Shown here one piece after another: positions 8,462 to 18,816 of a DNA stretch of 64,000 nt (position 1 is the stretch's first letter; every line of letters begins with the position of its first letter). A program made the position numbers and the translations under genes. Under the pieces are notes generated by a model that was not told the DNA's origin, made no database searches, and saw only the letters and a list, made by a program, of their open reading frames with translations. Origin of the DNA: Dehalococcoidia bacterium (lineage in GTDB: Bacteria > Chloroflexota > Dehalococcoidia > Plut-88900). Where the stretch lies: assembly GCA_965207225.1 (NCBI GenBank), contig CBDBLV010000003.1, forward strand, positions 224,001 to 288,000, read 5' to 3'.

Positions 8462-9652
8462 ATGAAGAAAGAGCAGATCACAGCCCCAGGCATCTATTCC
8501 ACGGAGGCGCTGAAGTTTGCGCACGGGGTCAGGGTGGGGAACGTGCTTTATACGTCGGGGATCATTGCCCGGGGGCCGGATGGGGAGATGGTGGGGAGGG
8601 GGGACGTGGAGGCCCAGGCGCACCAGGTGTACCAGAACATCGAGGCGATACTGGCCGCAGGCGGGGCTACCTGGAACGACGTGGTCAAATACAACTGCTA
8701 TCTCGCCAACCCTGAAGACAGGCAGAAGGCCCGGCAAGTGCACTTCCAGTACCTGCCCTATTACCAGAGGGCCGGGGCCACGGTGGGTATGCCCCTACTT
8801 CAACCCGAATTGCTCATCGAGGTGGACGTGATCGCGTACATAGGGGAGCCGAAGCACTGCGTCAGCAACGTGCCGGATACGTTTGTGCCTCTCGGATCCC
8901 CACATTCGGTGCGGGTTGGGGACACGATTTACATTACGGGCCAGCAGCCGATTGCGGGAAAGCAGCCCGTGCTATCAGGGAGACAGCTGGGCAACGTGGC
9001 TTCGCACGAGGCAGAGGTGATCGGGGTTGGGGACTTTAGCGCGCAGACGGAGGCGGTCTACAAGAACTTCGAGAATATCCTGAAAGCGAACGGTGCGGAC
9101 TGGGAGAACGTGGTATGGAGCCATGGTTACGTGACGCGGCACGACATTATTCACGAGTACAGGGACGTGAGATATCGGTATCATCGGCCGGGGCAGGTAG
9201 CGGCGACATCGGTGGTGTGTTCACTGGTCGGGGCGGAGTGGCAGATAGAGGCAGAGATCATAGCGTCGATGGCGCCTCGGGAGTCATTCACGGTGCCGGG
9301 GGTGTCGGTTTCTCCGGGCGTGGCCCATGCCGTGAGAGCAGGCAATACTTTATACGTGCAGGGCCAGGTGGCCAGGAACTCGAAGGACGAACCCGTAGGG
9401 GTAGGAGACTTCGAGGCACAGGCTACGCAGGCTTACAAGAACATAGACGACATTTTGAGGGGAGCGGGCGCCAGCTGGGACAATGTGGTGCGCATCAAGA
9501 CCTACCTGATCGACCGGAAGCACGGCCCGGCGGTAAGGAGGGAAAGGGACCGGTACCTGAAGCCCGGGGCCTACACCAGCACGACGGTTGTTGCAGGCTT
9601 CTTCAAGCCCGAGTACATGCTGGAGGTGGAGGCCGTCGCAGTCCTGGAATAG
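8462..9652 (+). CDS. Rid (YjgF/YER057c/UK114) family protein with three tandem domains
   Basis: Three repeats of H.VR.G..LY..GQ...GDF.AQ..Q.Y.N....L...GA.W..VV...E.E; ATG after AGGAG. Confidence 0.85.
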   Translation: MKKEQITAPGIYSTEALKFAHGVRVGNVLYTSGIIARGPDGEMVGRGDVEAQAHQVYQNIEAILAAGGATWNDVVKYNCYLANPEDRQKARQVHFQYLPYYQRAGATVGMPLLQPELLIEVDVIAYIGEPKHCVSNVPDTFVPLGSPHSVRVGDTIYITGQQPIAGKQPVLSGRQLGNVASHEAEVIGVGDFSAQTEAVYKNFENILKANGADWENVVWSHGYVTRHDIIHEYRDVRYRYHRPGQVAATSVVCSLVGAEWQIEAEIIASMAPRESFTVPGVSVSPGVAHAVRAGNTLYVQGQVARNSKDEPVGVGDFEAQATQAYKNIDDILRGAGASWDNVVRIKTYLIDRKHGPAVRRERDRYLKPGAYTSTTVVAGFFKPEYMLEVEAVAVLE

Positions 9653-9655
9653 ACC

Positions 9656-10072
9656 CTAGCCGTCGGTCAGGGGGCTGTGGAGGCTGCCAACGGTGTCGGG
9701 GGTGATGACTATGGTGAGGCGCTGTTCGCCGGGCTGGTGGAAGGGGTATTCATCCAGGCCCAGGTATTTTTTAGCCAGGGCGTCGATGTGCTTGCTCTCG
9801 GGGTCGGGTCTTATCTCCGTGATCCTACCCCGGATGAATACAGCTTCGTAGGGCCTGTCTTGGTCGACTATGGAGACGGCGACTCTCGGGTCCCGGCGGA
9901 AGTTCCTGGCCTTGATGGTGGATGCGTCGACGTTTATGACTATGTCGTTGCCGATGGCCTCGCACCAGACGGGGGAGGCCTGGGGGGAGCCATCGGGCAT
10001 GAGGGAGGTAACGTGGGCGAAGTTCCTGGCGTTGAAGAGGGCTCGGGCGTCGTCGGGTAGGGTTGCGGTCAA
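9656..10072 (-). CDS. PPOX-class F420-dependent oxidoreductase
   Basis: DGSPQASPVW, KARNFRRDPRVAVS, LAKKYLG. Confidence 0.85.
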   Translation of the reverse strand: MTATLPDDARALFNARNFAHVTSLMPDGSPQASPVWCEAIGNDIVINVDASTIKARNFRRDPRVAVSIVDQDRPYEAVFIRGRITEIRPDPESKHIDALAKKYLGLDEYPFHQPGEQRLTIVITPDTVGSLHSPLTDG

Positions 10073-10093
10073 TTTCTTTTCCTCCTGTTTGGC

Positions 10094-11281
10094 CTAGTGA
10101 AGGCCGATGTCTTTGAATAGCCAGGCCGAGGCCAAGGACTTGCCTTCGCGAAAGCGGCGCATCGAGAAGATGGACATGTCGACAAGGGAAGTTCGGCCCG
10201 TGGTTATCAATTCGGCCATCAGGTCTCCGGCCACGGGGGCCTGCTGCATTCCCAGCCCGCTCCAGCCGCACATGTTGTAGAAGCCTGCTACCTGCGCGCT
10301 CTCCTCGAAGATGGGGGAGTCGTCGGGGGTGATGTCATAGGCGCAGGAATAGCCGCCGCGGTGGACTGCTTTTTCCAGCGTTGGCAGGGCCACGGCACCT
10401 TCCGTGCGGTGCCGGGCCACAAGCTCCGGGGCGGCATCCTCCGGCATGGTGTCGGGATCAACTACTTCGATTTCATCGCGGATTTCCAGGGTGTTGAGGA
10501 CGTTTATCAGGTTGCCGGGTTCGCAGCGGAAGATATAGTCAGTGCGTCCGTCGTGGAAGATGGGCCGGAACTCGGGCATGGACCAATGCCTTTGGTAGAT
10601 GACGCCCTGGCCGCGGGTTGGGGTGATGGGAATGTCGATGCCCACCATCCTGCCGATAGTCGGGGCCCAGATTCCTGACGCGTTTACCACAACCGATGAA
10701 GTGACTGTGCCCTTGTCGGTCTCTATGGCGGCGACACGACCCCCGGTCAGGCTGATGCTAAGGGCCCTGGTCTGCTCACAGATCTCGGCGCCCATTTCTC
10801 GGGCCCGGGCGGCGAATGCTGCGGTGACGCCGCCGGGGTTGGAGTATCCGGCGTCTGGGAAGTGGACGATGGCGCCGATACCTTCGGTGACGAGGCCGGG
10901 GACGATTTCGGTGAGCTGGGTGGTGTCTAGGAACTCGCTTCTCATCCCGACTTTGCTGGTAAGGGCGACCATATCACGGACAAGGTCGGCGTTGGACTCG
11001 GGCTCGGCCCATAGCCGTCCGATGTTCAGGAACTGGCCTCCAACACCGATTAGCTCGTCGAAGTTCAGGTAGACCTTGGAGGATTCGTGGATGATCTTCA
11101 CCGTTTCCTCAACGCCGTGGTAGGGGCGGAGGTTAGCGAGGGAGCGGCCTGTCGGGCCTGAGGCGAGGTAGCCCTGTTCTAGGAGGACGACGTCGTGGGC
11201 GCCTCGTTTTGCAAGGTGATAGGCCGTGCTGGCACCCATGACACCGCCGCCAATTATCACTACTTCTGCGGTACTCTTCAT
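10094..11281 (-). CDS. FAD-dependent amine oxidoreductase (DadA/SoxB-like)
   Basis: IIGGGVMGASTAYHLA, YDITPDDSPI, GWSGLG. Confidence 0.85.
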   Translation of the reverse strand: MKSTAEVVIIGGGVMGASTAYHLAKRGAHDVVLLEQGYLASGPTGRSLANLRPYHGVEETVKIIHESSKVYLNFDELIGVGGQFLNIGRLWAEPESNADLVRDMVALTSKVGMRSEFLDTTQLTEIVPGLVTEGIGAIVHFPDAGYSNPGGVTAAFAARAREMGAEICEQTRALSISLTGGRVAAIETDKGTVTSSVVVNASGIWAPTIGRMVGIDIPITPTRGQGVIYQRHWSMPEFRPIFHDGRTDYIFRCEPGNLINVLNTLEIRDEIEVVDPDTMPEDAAPELVARHRTEGAVALPTLEKAVHRGGYSCAYDITPDDSPIFEESAQVAGFYNMCGWSGLGMQQAPVAGDLMAELITTGRTSLVDMSIFSMRRFREGKSLASAWLFKDIGLH

Positions 11282-11524
11282 GACTCCTCTTCATTGTTCA
11301 TCATGTCAATGGTCTGGCCGTGCGGATGCATTATAAGCCTAGAGGTTTGAATGGCAGGCGTTTTGATTGAATTCGGAATTCAGGCACGGGTTTGATTGTT
11401 TAAGGAAAGAACTTTCTCTCGGAGGTGCTGCGGGAACCGGCGGACGGGTAAGCTCGAGGTCCTGCAAATGGTCTTTCGTTGTAAGACATTGGTGAAATTG
11501 ATGTCCAAGCCTGAGGCCCCACCC

Positions 11525-11553
11525 CAGATTCCTCGCGGGGCATCGGAATGACA
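11525..11553. repeat. Palindromic REP-like repeat, family A (CAGATTCCTCGCGGGGCATCGGAATGACA)
   Basis: Near-identical copies at 30044, 32473, 52181, 57061 and 58517. Confidence 0.85.
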
Positions 11554-11618
11554 GGAACTTTAGTGGAAGGATATGGAGGCGGTGCGGGACACGCAAGGGA
11601 CGATTGTCACAGTTCAGC

Positions 11619-11647
11619 TTGACGGGCATTTCCGCCAACTCCACAAT
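11619..11647 (+). promoter_or_regulatory. Putative sigma70 promoter
   Basis: TTGACG-17nt-CACAAT upstream of the aminotransferase. Confidence 0.45.
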
Positions 11648-11682
11648 ACTCTCGAAACTCCACCCCGCAGAAGGAGCCCATT

Positions 11683-12594
11683 ATGGAAGCAGCGCAAGAG
11701 CCCCTGGTATATGTGAATGGTGAGCTTGTACCAGCAAGTCAGGCGACGGTGTCGGTGTTCGACAGGGGGTTCAGATGGGGTGACGGGGTCTACGAGATGG
11801 CGCGAACGTTCAATGGGAAGATATGGAAGCTACGCGAGCACCTGGACAGATTGTACTGGTCGCTGCAGTACACGAGGATCGACCCCCGGATGGACATAGA
11901 CGTCCTGGAGGCCGCAACCGTAGACTTGGTGGAGACCAATTTCCGTAGGTCGGGGCCCGATGACGTGGGTGTAACGCATATCATCAGCCGTGGGGTGGTG
12001 GAGCCGACCCGGAAGGCGGACATGCCTCCGACAGTGGTGATTTACACGGAACCCCTGGCGTTTGGAATGTATGCCAAGTGGTACAAAGACGGGATCAGGA
12101 TGATTACACCGGCCACCCGGCGCACGCCGCCCCAGAGTCTGTCCCCCAAGGCCAAGATATCCAACAAGATGAACCATATGGTGGCCGACTTCGAGGCTAA
12201 GGCCATAGATCCTGAGGCTCTTCCCCTGATGCTGGACTACGACGGGAACGTGGCGGAGAGCAGCGGGGCGAATTTCTTGTTCTTGCGCGAGGACACGATA
12301 TACATACCCAACCGTCGCCACGTGTTGGGGGGCATCACCATGGAGTCGGTGCTGGAGATAGCGTCGACGCTGGGGTTCAAGGCAGAGGAGGGCGACTATA
12401 CGCCGTTCGACGTATACAAGGCGGACGAGGCGTTCATGACGACGACGCCCAGCCACATAGCTCCCGTTGTGTCGCTGAACGGTATAAAGATCGGGGCGGG
12501 GGTGCCGGGGCCCGCGTTCCAGCAGATCACACAGGCATGGAGCGACATTGTCGGGATCGACATCGTGGACCAGGCGATGGCGTATGCCAGCTAA
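11683..12594 (+). CDS. Aminotransferase class IV (IlvE/D-amino-acid aminotransferase-like)
   Basis: FDRGFRWGDGVYE, AKISNK, AESSGANF, LGGITM, ADEAFMT. Confidence 0.9.
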   Translation: MEAAQEPLVYVNGELVPASQATVSVFDRGFRWGDGVYEMARTFNGKIWKLREHLDRLYWSLQYTRIDPRMDIDVLEAATVDLVETNFRRSGPDDVGVTHIISRGVVEPTRKADMPPTVVIYTEPLAFGMYAKWYKDGIRMITPATRRTPPQSLSPKAKISNKMNHMVADFEAKAIDPEALPLMLDYDGNVAESSGANFLFLREDTIYIPNRRHVLGGITMESVLEIASTLGFKAEEGDYTPFDVYKADEAFMTTTPSHIAPVVSLNGIKIGAGVPGPAFQQITQAWSDIVGIDIVDQAMAYAS

Positions 12595-12597
12595 GCG

Positions 12598-13698
12598 CTA
12601 GGAAACAAGTCGGGTCAGTGCGTATTGGCCCAGGTGGCGGTTTTCTTCGACGTCGTCGGGGCTGAGATCTGAGTTCCAGGCGATGAGAGGAATCGTCTGC
12701 TCGTGGATGGAGGCGTGAGAGCGGAGGCCGACACGCATTTCAATTTCGTTCGGGTCACCGAAGACGACGTTTTTCTCGGCGTTGACAAAGATGTTGCCCA
12801 TTCGGCCAGGGTGCAGATGGTATTCCTGAACGGCCTCGTCGCGGCTGAAAGCGCTGTGGACGCCGGGCGTCTCCCGGATGATATTGAGGGCCTCGTGCAC
12901 ATCTCTTTCGTCCAGATAGACGAAGGTGCAGCCACCGAGATTGGAGTGCTGCAGCACGTAGCGGTCCTTGATTATGGGCACGGGGTTGGAGTCGATGCCC
13001 CGGGCCCCGAGGATGCCCTTGAGGTCGACAATGCGGTCCTTGCTGGACATGCCGTGGTCGGCGGTGAGGAGGAGGGTGATGTCGGGGTGGTGGGAAAGGA
13101 GCTCGCCGATGTTGTCGTCGAGGATGGTCATGTGGCGTTGGGACTCGGGGTGGTCGGGGGGGAAGGTGTGCATCGCATAGTCGGTAGTGGCGATGTAGAC
13201 AACGTCGAAATGGCTTCCTGACATCAGGTGGTCGGCGGCCTGCATGATCCAGCCGTTCACTTCCAGGGAGTAGATGGGGGGTGGGGCGCCAGCAACAGAC
13301 ACCATGTCTTCCAGAGGTTCTTCTGAAGAGAAGCCGACGGTGGCGTGAGCACCGATGAGTGTGCGGAGCTTGTCCTTGGACGACACCATCAGGCTGCGCT
13401 TGCCGAGACGGTTAGCCTTCTGGAAGAGGGTCTCGGCGAGGATGAAGTCGGCGGACTCCATGTAGGTCTCCTGGCCGGTCTCCGAGTTGAGCCAGTAGTT
13501 ACAGTTGATGCCGTGGGACTCGGGGTAGAGGCCCGTGACCAGGGAGACGTTGTTGACGTTGGTCACCGAGGGCATCATGGACCGGCCGATTTTCAGGAAG
13601 CCCCTGGAACAGACCTCATCGATGTTTGGGATGGCACAGGCCTGGAGGTACTCGGGGTCAAAGCCGTCGATGATGATTATTACTATGGGTTTGTCCAT
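12598..13698 (-). CDS. phnA: Phosphonoacetate hydrolase-like alkaline phosphatase superfamily protein
   Basis: IDG, MPSVTNVNNVSLVTG..PESHGI..NY, TTDYAMH, TADHGM, LRSHAS. Confidence 0.7.
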   Translation of the reverse strand: MDKPIVIIIIDGFDPEYLQACAIPNIDEVCSRGFLKIGRSMMPSVTNVNNVSLVTGLYPESHGINCNYWLNSETGQETYMESADFILAETLFQKANRLGKRSLMVSSKDKLRTLIGAHATVGFSSEEPLEDMVSVAGAPPPIYSLEVNGWIMQAADHLMSGSHFDVVYIATTDYAMHTFPPDHPESQRHMTILDDNIGELLSHHPDITLLLTADHGMSSKDRIVDLKGILGARGIDSNPVPIIKDRYVLQHSNLGGCTFVYLDERDVHEALNIIRETPGVHSAFSRDEAVQEYHLHPGRMGNIFVNAEKNVVFGDPNEIEMRVGLRSHASIHEQTIPLIAWNSDLSPDDVEENRHLGQYALTRLVS

Positions 13699-13753
13699 TT
13701 GGGTAATCGTAGCACAAGCGGGGACGGTGGATTGGCTTGCTTCGGGCTAAGGC

Positions 13754-14135
13754 TAGCCGATGGTGTGGGTGGGGGCTTCAGTTTTAGTGGGTTCGGACTC
13801 TTCCTCATCCGCCGGTCCCTTCGCAGGCATGGGTCGCAGGACCACCTGGACCCGAGGGCTCGGGTGAGGCGCATGATAGTGGCGAAGCTGGGGTTTCCGT
13901 CGGGGGAGAGGGTCTTGTAGAGGCCGGCCCGACTCATGCCAATCTGACGAGCCAGACCGCTCATGTTACTGGCTCGGGCGACATCACATAGGGCGGAGCG
14001 GATGAGGGAACCGTCACCAGGGTCTTCTTCAGCGACGGCTTCCAGGTAGAGTCGGGCGTCCTCCTCGTCGTCTATATAATTGGCAGGGTCCCAAACAGTG
14101 TAGCCCTCAGGCAGTTTCATCTCAGCCTCCTCCAT
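13754..14135 (-). CDS. Addiction-module antitoxin (HTH, HI1420-like), apparent -1 frameshift near the 3' end
   Basis: WDPANY..YLE, ARASNMSGLARQIGMSRAGLYKTLSPDGNPSFATI; adding one G at 13851-13853 gives ALGVQVVLRP...TIG-stop. Confidence 0.8.
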
Positions 14136-14418
14136 TCTTCGGCCAATGTCTGCGCTCGCATAATGTCTTGTCCCTGGGTGGACTTATCACCACCGCTAAG
14201 CAAGACAATAATCCGGTGGCCCTCCCTGATGAAATAGACTCTATAACCAGGTCCATAGTGGATCCTGAGTTCCCATAAACCCCTGCCTACTGAAGTTACG
14301 TCGCCCACGTTGCCTGAGGCCACTGTCTTCAGGCGTCCATTTATCCTGTTCTTTGCCTCTCGATCCCTTAGCCCTCGAACCAATTTTTGAATGACGCGCC
14401 CTCAATAATTTCAAACAC
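14117..14418 (-). pseudogene. RelE/ParE-family addiction-module toxin (HI1419-like), frameshifted (or sequencing error)
   Basis: GTG 14418 VFEIIEGASFKNWFEG-stop continues in the -1 frame as LRDREAKNRI...GLWELRIHYGPGYRVYF...GGDKSTQ; shift at the GGG run 14372-14374. Confidence 0.75.
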
Positions 14419-14496
14419 TCCGGAATTGTAAACCTGAGTGGACACCAGGGTCAAAATCCCGATTGGAATTAGGTGGGCTTGTGGTAACATTCGGGG

Positions 14497-17400
14497 ATGG
14501 GAATGGACGGGTTTCACCTGGTAGTCAAATCGTGGTTTGAAGGGCAGTTTGAAGGGCCGACGGAGGCCCAGGCCCGAGGCTGGGAGTCGATTGCACAGGG
14601 GAAGCACACGCTGATCTCGGCGCCTACGGGTTCCGGTAAGACGCTGGCGGCGTTCCTGAAGTGTATTGACGACCTCATCTGGGAGGGGCTGGATGTGGGG
14701 CTGGAGGATGTTACGCAGATCGTGTACGTGTCGCCGTTGAAGGCGCTGTCCAACGACATTGAGAGAAACCTGGCGGGGCCGCTGGCGGAGATTACGACCA
14801 AGGCGGTAGAGATGGGGATACCGGCCCCGGAGATACGGGTCGGGCTGCGGACGGGGGACACAAAGGCATCCCAGCGGCAGAGCATGGCCAAGAGGCCGCC
14901 GCACATCCTGATAACCACCCCGGAGTCGCTTTACATCCTGCTCACGTCCAAGAGCGGGAGGCAGGGGCTGAAGGGCGTAAGGAAGTTGATTGTCGATGAG
15001 ATTCACGCAGTCGCAGACGACAAGCGAGGGTCTCACCTGAGCCTTTCGGTGGAGCGGCTTTGCGAGCTGGCGGAAGGGCCAGTAACGAGGATCGGGCTTT
15101 CGGCGACGCAGAAGCCGATAGAGGAAGTGGCAAGGTTCCTGGTCGGGAATGCGAACATCGGCGAGTCGGGGGAGCCGGACTGCCTGATAGTGAACTCGGG
15201 GCATTCCCGGAAGATTGACCTGGCCATCGAGATGCCGGGCTCAGAGCTGGGGCCAATAGCCAGCCACGAGCTCTGGGCCGAAACCCTGGAAAGGGTAATC
15301 GAACTGGCCAAGGGGCACGGGACAACGCTGCTCTTCGTGAACACGCGTCGGCTGGTGGAGAGGGTGGCACACCAGCTGACCGAGAAGATGGGTGAGGAGT
15401 CGGTAGCGGCGCACCACGGGAGCATGTCGCGGGAGAGGCGGTTCCAGGCGGAGCAGGCCCTGAAAGCGGGCAAGACCAAGATATGCGTGGCAACGGCGTC
15501 TTTGGAGCTGGGAATCGATGTGGGTCAGGTTGACCTGGTATGCCAGATAGGATCGCCGCGGTCCATCGGGCTGCTGATGCAGAGGGTGGGAAGGTCGGGG
15601 CACACGATTTACGGGACACCCAAGGGTCGGATGTTCCCTCTGACCCGAGACGAACTGCTGGAGTGCCTGGCGCTGGCCCGAGCCGTGCGACGGCAGAACC
15701 TCGACACGTTGTCCATCCTGAAGTGGCCGCTGGACGTACTGGCGCAACAGATAGTTGCAGGCTGCGTCACGGAGGAATGGGACGAGGATGAACTGTTTGG
15801 CACATTCCGGAAGGCATATCCGTACCGGGAACTGCCCAGGGAGAAGTTCGACGAAGTGGTGAAGATGCTTGCCGATGGGGTGGCGCCTCGGGAGGGGAGG
15901 AGGTCGGCGCATCTGCACAGGGATGGGGTGGGGGGGACGCTGAGGGCCCGGAGGGGGGCCCGGATAACGGCTCTGACCAGTGGCGGAGCGATACCCGACA
16001 CTGCAGACTACGACGTTGTCGCCGACCCCGAAGGCGTCTTCGTTGGGACGGTCAACGAGGACTTCGCCATCGAGAGCATGCGGGGGGATATATTCCTTCT
16101 GGGCAATACGCCCTGGCGCATTCGCAGGGTTGAGAGCGGTAGGGTGAGGGTGGAGGACGCCCAGGGGGAAGCCCCGACGATACCCTTCTGGCTGGGCGAG
16201 GCGCCGGGGCGCACGTGGGAGCTTTCGGAGGAGATAACAGACCTTCGAAAAGGGATCGAGGAGCGGCTGGAGGCCGAGGGAGAGGCAGTCGAGTGGGTGA
16301 CGGAAGAGTCGGGGGAGGGAGGGGAGGCGGCGCAGCAGGCGGTGGCCTATGTGGATGAGGGGCGTCGAGTGCTGGGCGGTGTGCCCTCGGGGAAGAAAAT
16401 CTACGCGGAGCGGTTCTTCGACGAGTCCGGAGGGACACAGGTGGTGATTCACTCGCCGCTCGGGGCGAGGGTGAACCGGGCGTGGGGACTGGCACTGCGA
16501 AAGCAGATATGCCGCAGCTTCGATTTCGAGCTGCAGGCGGCGGCCACCGACGACGGGATCAACTTCTCCCTGGGCCCGAGCCTATCCTTCCCATTGGAAG
16601 AGATGTTCAGCTTCCTCACACCCCGGAACGTGGAAAAGGTGTTGACGCAGGCAGCACTCCAAGCACCTTTATTCCAGACACGATGGCGGTGGAATGCGAC
16701 TCGGGCGCTGGCGATTTTGCGGTTCTCGGGGGGGAAGAAAGTCCCGGCTCCATTGGTGCGGATGAGGTCGGATGATCTGCTGGCCTCGGTGTTTCCGGCG
16801 CAGGTGCAGTGCCAGGACAACGCCCCGATGGCCGACATAGAGATGCCGGACCACCCCCTGGTCTTCGAGACGGTGCGTGATTGTCTCACGGAGGCCATGG
16901 ACCTGGACGGCCTTACCCGCCTGCTGGCTGATATTGAACAGGGCAAGGTGGAGGTATTCGCTCGGGATACGCCCCAGCCCTCGGTGTTTTCTCACCAGAT
17001 TTTGAATGCCATGCCATACGCGTTCCTGGACGACGCTCCCCTGGAGGAGCGGAGGTCGAGGGCGGTCTCGCTGCGGCGGGCGTTGCCGGAGGACTCCCGG
17101 GACCTGGCATCGCTGGACTCGGAGGCGATTGCGGCTGCGGCAGAGGATGCATGGCCTCCGGCCCGCGATACTTACGAACTACATGACTTGCTTTTGAGCG
17201 TGGGGCCGCTTTCGGAAAAGGAAATCGGGGAGCGGTATGGCAACGTTGAAGGTGGGATGGTGGAGGGGTGGCTGGGAGAGCTGACCGAGACGGGTAGGGT
17301 GACGACGTTCAGCAGAGGGGACGGAGGTCGGGCGTGGGTGGCCGTGGAGTCGGTGCGGGAAATTATGGGGGCTTACCCGGACGCCGTCTTAGACCCCACG

Positions 17401-18816
17401 CCGCCCGCACGATTTCTAAGCGACCGTGACACCGATGCCGGCGAAGCCGCCGTGAAGCTGGTCAGGGGCAGGACGGAAGTGTCGGGGCCGCAGACTTTGG
17501 CGGAAATCTGTGAAGGGCTGGCTTTGCCGGAGGGGTTAGTGAAGTCGGCGCTGGTCCGGCTGGAGGGCGAAGGCCATGTCCTGAGGGGCTTCTTCAGGCC
17601 CGGGGCCATGGAAGAGGAGTTCTGCGACAGGCGGATCCTGGCGCGAATACACAGAGCGACGATCTCGAGGCTGCGGAGGGAGATTGAGCCGGTCTCCGAG
17701 GCGGTGTTTATGCGGTTCCTGCTGCGCTGGCAGCACGCAGAGCCCGACAGGATGCTGAGCGGGGAGTCGGGGCTGGTGGAGGCTATCGAGCAGTTGCAAG
17801 GTTTCGAGGCGGCGGCGGGTGCGTGGGAAGCTCACTTGCTGAAGGCCCGGGTTGCCGGATACGAACCCTCCATGCTGGACGACTTGTGCTTCGGCGGCGA
17901 GGTGGTGTGGGGAAGGATGACGCAGCGCCACCACGCAATCGAGCAGCCAATTTCCAAGGTCGGTCTGACGCGTAACGGACCCATAACTCTTGGGCTCCGG
18001 GAGAACCTGGACTGGCTACTGGACCCGCCTCCCGAGGATGACTCGGGGCTGGGAGGGGCTGCGCGGGACATTCTCCACGTGCTGGAGAAGCGGGGAGCAT
18101 CCTTCCAATCGGACATCGCTAAGCTAAGCCGACGGCTTCCATCGGAGGTGAAGGACGGGCTTTGGCAGTTAGTCGCGGCGGGTCGGGTCACGGCGGACGG
18201 GTTTACACCACTGAGGCAGGTCAACAACGGTCCGCTCCCTGCAATGAGACGGAGGGCGCACTTGAGGAGGCGGGCGAGGAACCGGCCTTCGACGACCCGT
18301 TGGTCGCTATTAAGACCTTTGGACGAATGTGATTCAGCCGAGACGGAGAGGGCATTCCAGCTTCTTCGCAGGTACGGGGTGGTGTTCTACGAGATGCTGG
18401 CACGGGAGCCAATGGCGCCGCCGTGGCGGGAACTGGTGAGGGTCTACCGTCGCGCGGAGGCGCAGGGAAAGATAAGGGGTGGTCGGTTCGTGTCGGGGCA
18501 CGTGGGGGAGCAGTTCGCGCTGCCCGAGGCGATAGAGATGCTGCGATCGACCCGGAGGCAGGAGGGGTCGGGGCGGTATATCCAAGTATCGGCGTGCGAC
18601 CCGTTAAACCTGGTGGGGATCATCAGCCCCGGGACCCGGGTGCCAGCGACGATGGGGAACCTGGTGGTCTACCAGAACGGGGTGGCGGTGGCGGCGGTGG
18701 AAGGAGGACGGCTGAATGAGAGGTCGGCATTGCCCCGTAACGCTAAGCTGGAGGTGCTCGCAGCAACCAGGCCGAGCCCCAGACCTCGTGCCAACCTCAG
18801 AGGCTTTCGAGTCTAG
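14497..18816 (+). CDS. lhr: Lhr-family ATP-dependent DEAD/H helicase (long form)
   Basis: APTGSGKT, DEIH, GLSAT, HHGSM, QRVGRSGH; C-terminal winged-helix extension with RGGRFV..GEQFA, ACDPLNL. Confidence 0.9.
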   Translation: MGMDGFHLVVKSWFEGQFEGPTEAQARGWESIAQGKHTLISAPTGSGKTLAAFLKCIDDLIWEGLDVGLEDVTQIVYVSPLKALSNDIERNLAGPLAEITTKAVEMGIPAPEIRVGLRTGDTKASQRQSMAKRPPHILITTPESLYILLTSKSGRQGLKGVRKLIVDEIHAVADDKRGSHLSLSVERLCELAEGPVTRIGLSATQKPIEEVARFLVGNANIGESGEPDCLIVNSGHSRKIDLAIEMPGSELGPIASHELWAETLERVIELAKGHGTTLLFVNTRRLVERVAHQLTEKMGEESVAAHHGSMSRERRFQAEQALKAGKTKICVATASLELGIDVGQVDLVCQIGSPRSIGLLMQRVGRSGHTIYGTPKGRMFPLTRDELLECLALARAVRRQNLDTLSILKWPLDVLAQQIVAGCVTEEWDEDELFGTFRKAYPYRELPREKFDEVVKMLADGVAPREGRRSAHLHRDGVGGTLRARRGARITALTSGGAIPDTADYDVVADPEGVFVGTVNEDFAIESMRGDIFLLGNTPWRIRRVESGRVRVEDAQGEAPTIPFWLGEAPGRTWELSEEITDLRKGIEERLEAEGEAVEWVTEESGEGGEAAQQAVAYVDEGRRVLGGVPSGKKIYAERFFDESGGTQVVIHSPLGARVNRAWGLALRKQICRSFDFELQAAATDDGINFSLGPSLSFPLEEMFSFLTPRNVEKVLTQAALQAPLFQTRWRWNATRALAILRFSGGKKVPAPLVRMRSDDLLASVFPAQVQCQDNAPMADIEMPDHPLVFETVRDCLTEAMDLDGLTRLLADIEQGKVEVFARDTPQPSVFSHQILNAMPYAFLDDAPLEERRSRAVSLRRALPEDSRDLASLDSEAIAAAAEDAWPPARDTYELHDLLLSVGPLSEKEIGERYGNVEGGMVEGWLGELTETGRVTTFSRGDGGRAWVAVESVREIMGAYPDAVLDPTPPARFLSDRDTDAGEAAVKLVRGRTEVSGPQTLAEICEGLALPEGLVKSALVRLEGEGHVLRGFFRPGAMEEEFCDRRILARIHRATISRLRREIEPVSEAVFMRFLLRWQHAEPDRMLSGESGLVEAIEQLQGFEAAAGAWEAHLLKARVAGYEPSMLDDLCFGGEVVWGRMTQRHHAIEQPISKVGLTRNGPITLGLRENLDWLLDPPPEDDSGLGGAARDILHVLEKRGASFQSDIAKLSRRLPSEVKDGLWQLVAAGRVTADGFTPLRQVNNGPLPAMRRRAHLRRRARNRPSTTRWSLLRPLDECDSAETERAFQLLRRYGVVFYEMLAREPMAPPWRELVRVYRRAEAQGKIRGGRFVSGHVGEQFALPEAIEMLRSTRRQEGSGRYIQVSACDPLNLVGIISPGTRVPATMGNLVVYQNGVAVAAVEGGRLNERSALPRNAKLEVLAATRPSPRPRANLRGFRV

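Noticed and set aside
14497-18816. Lhr helicase next to a TA pair as a defence island
   Set aside because: Long-form Lhr is a widespread DNA-repair helicase, and no other defence genes are adjacent.
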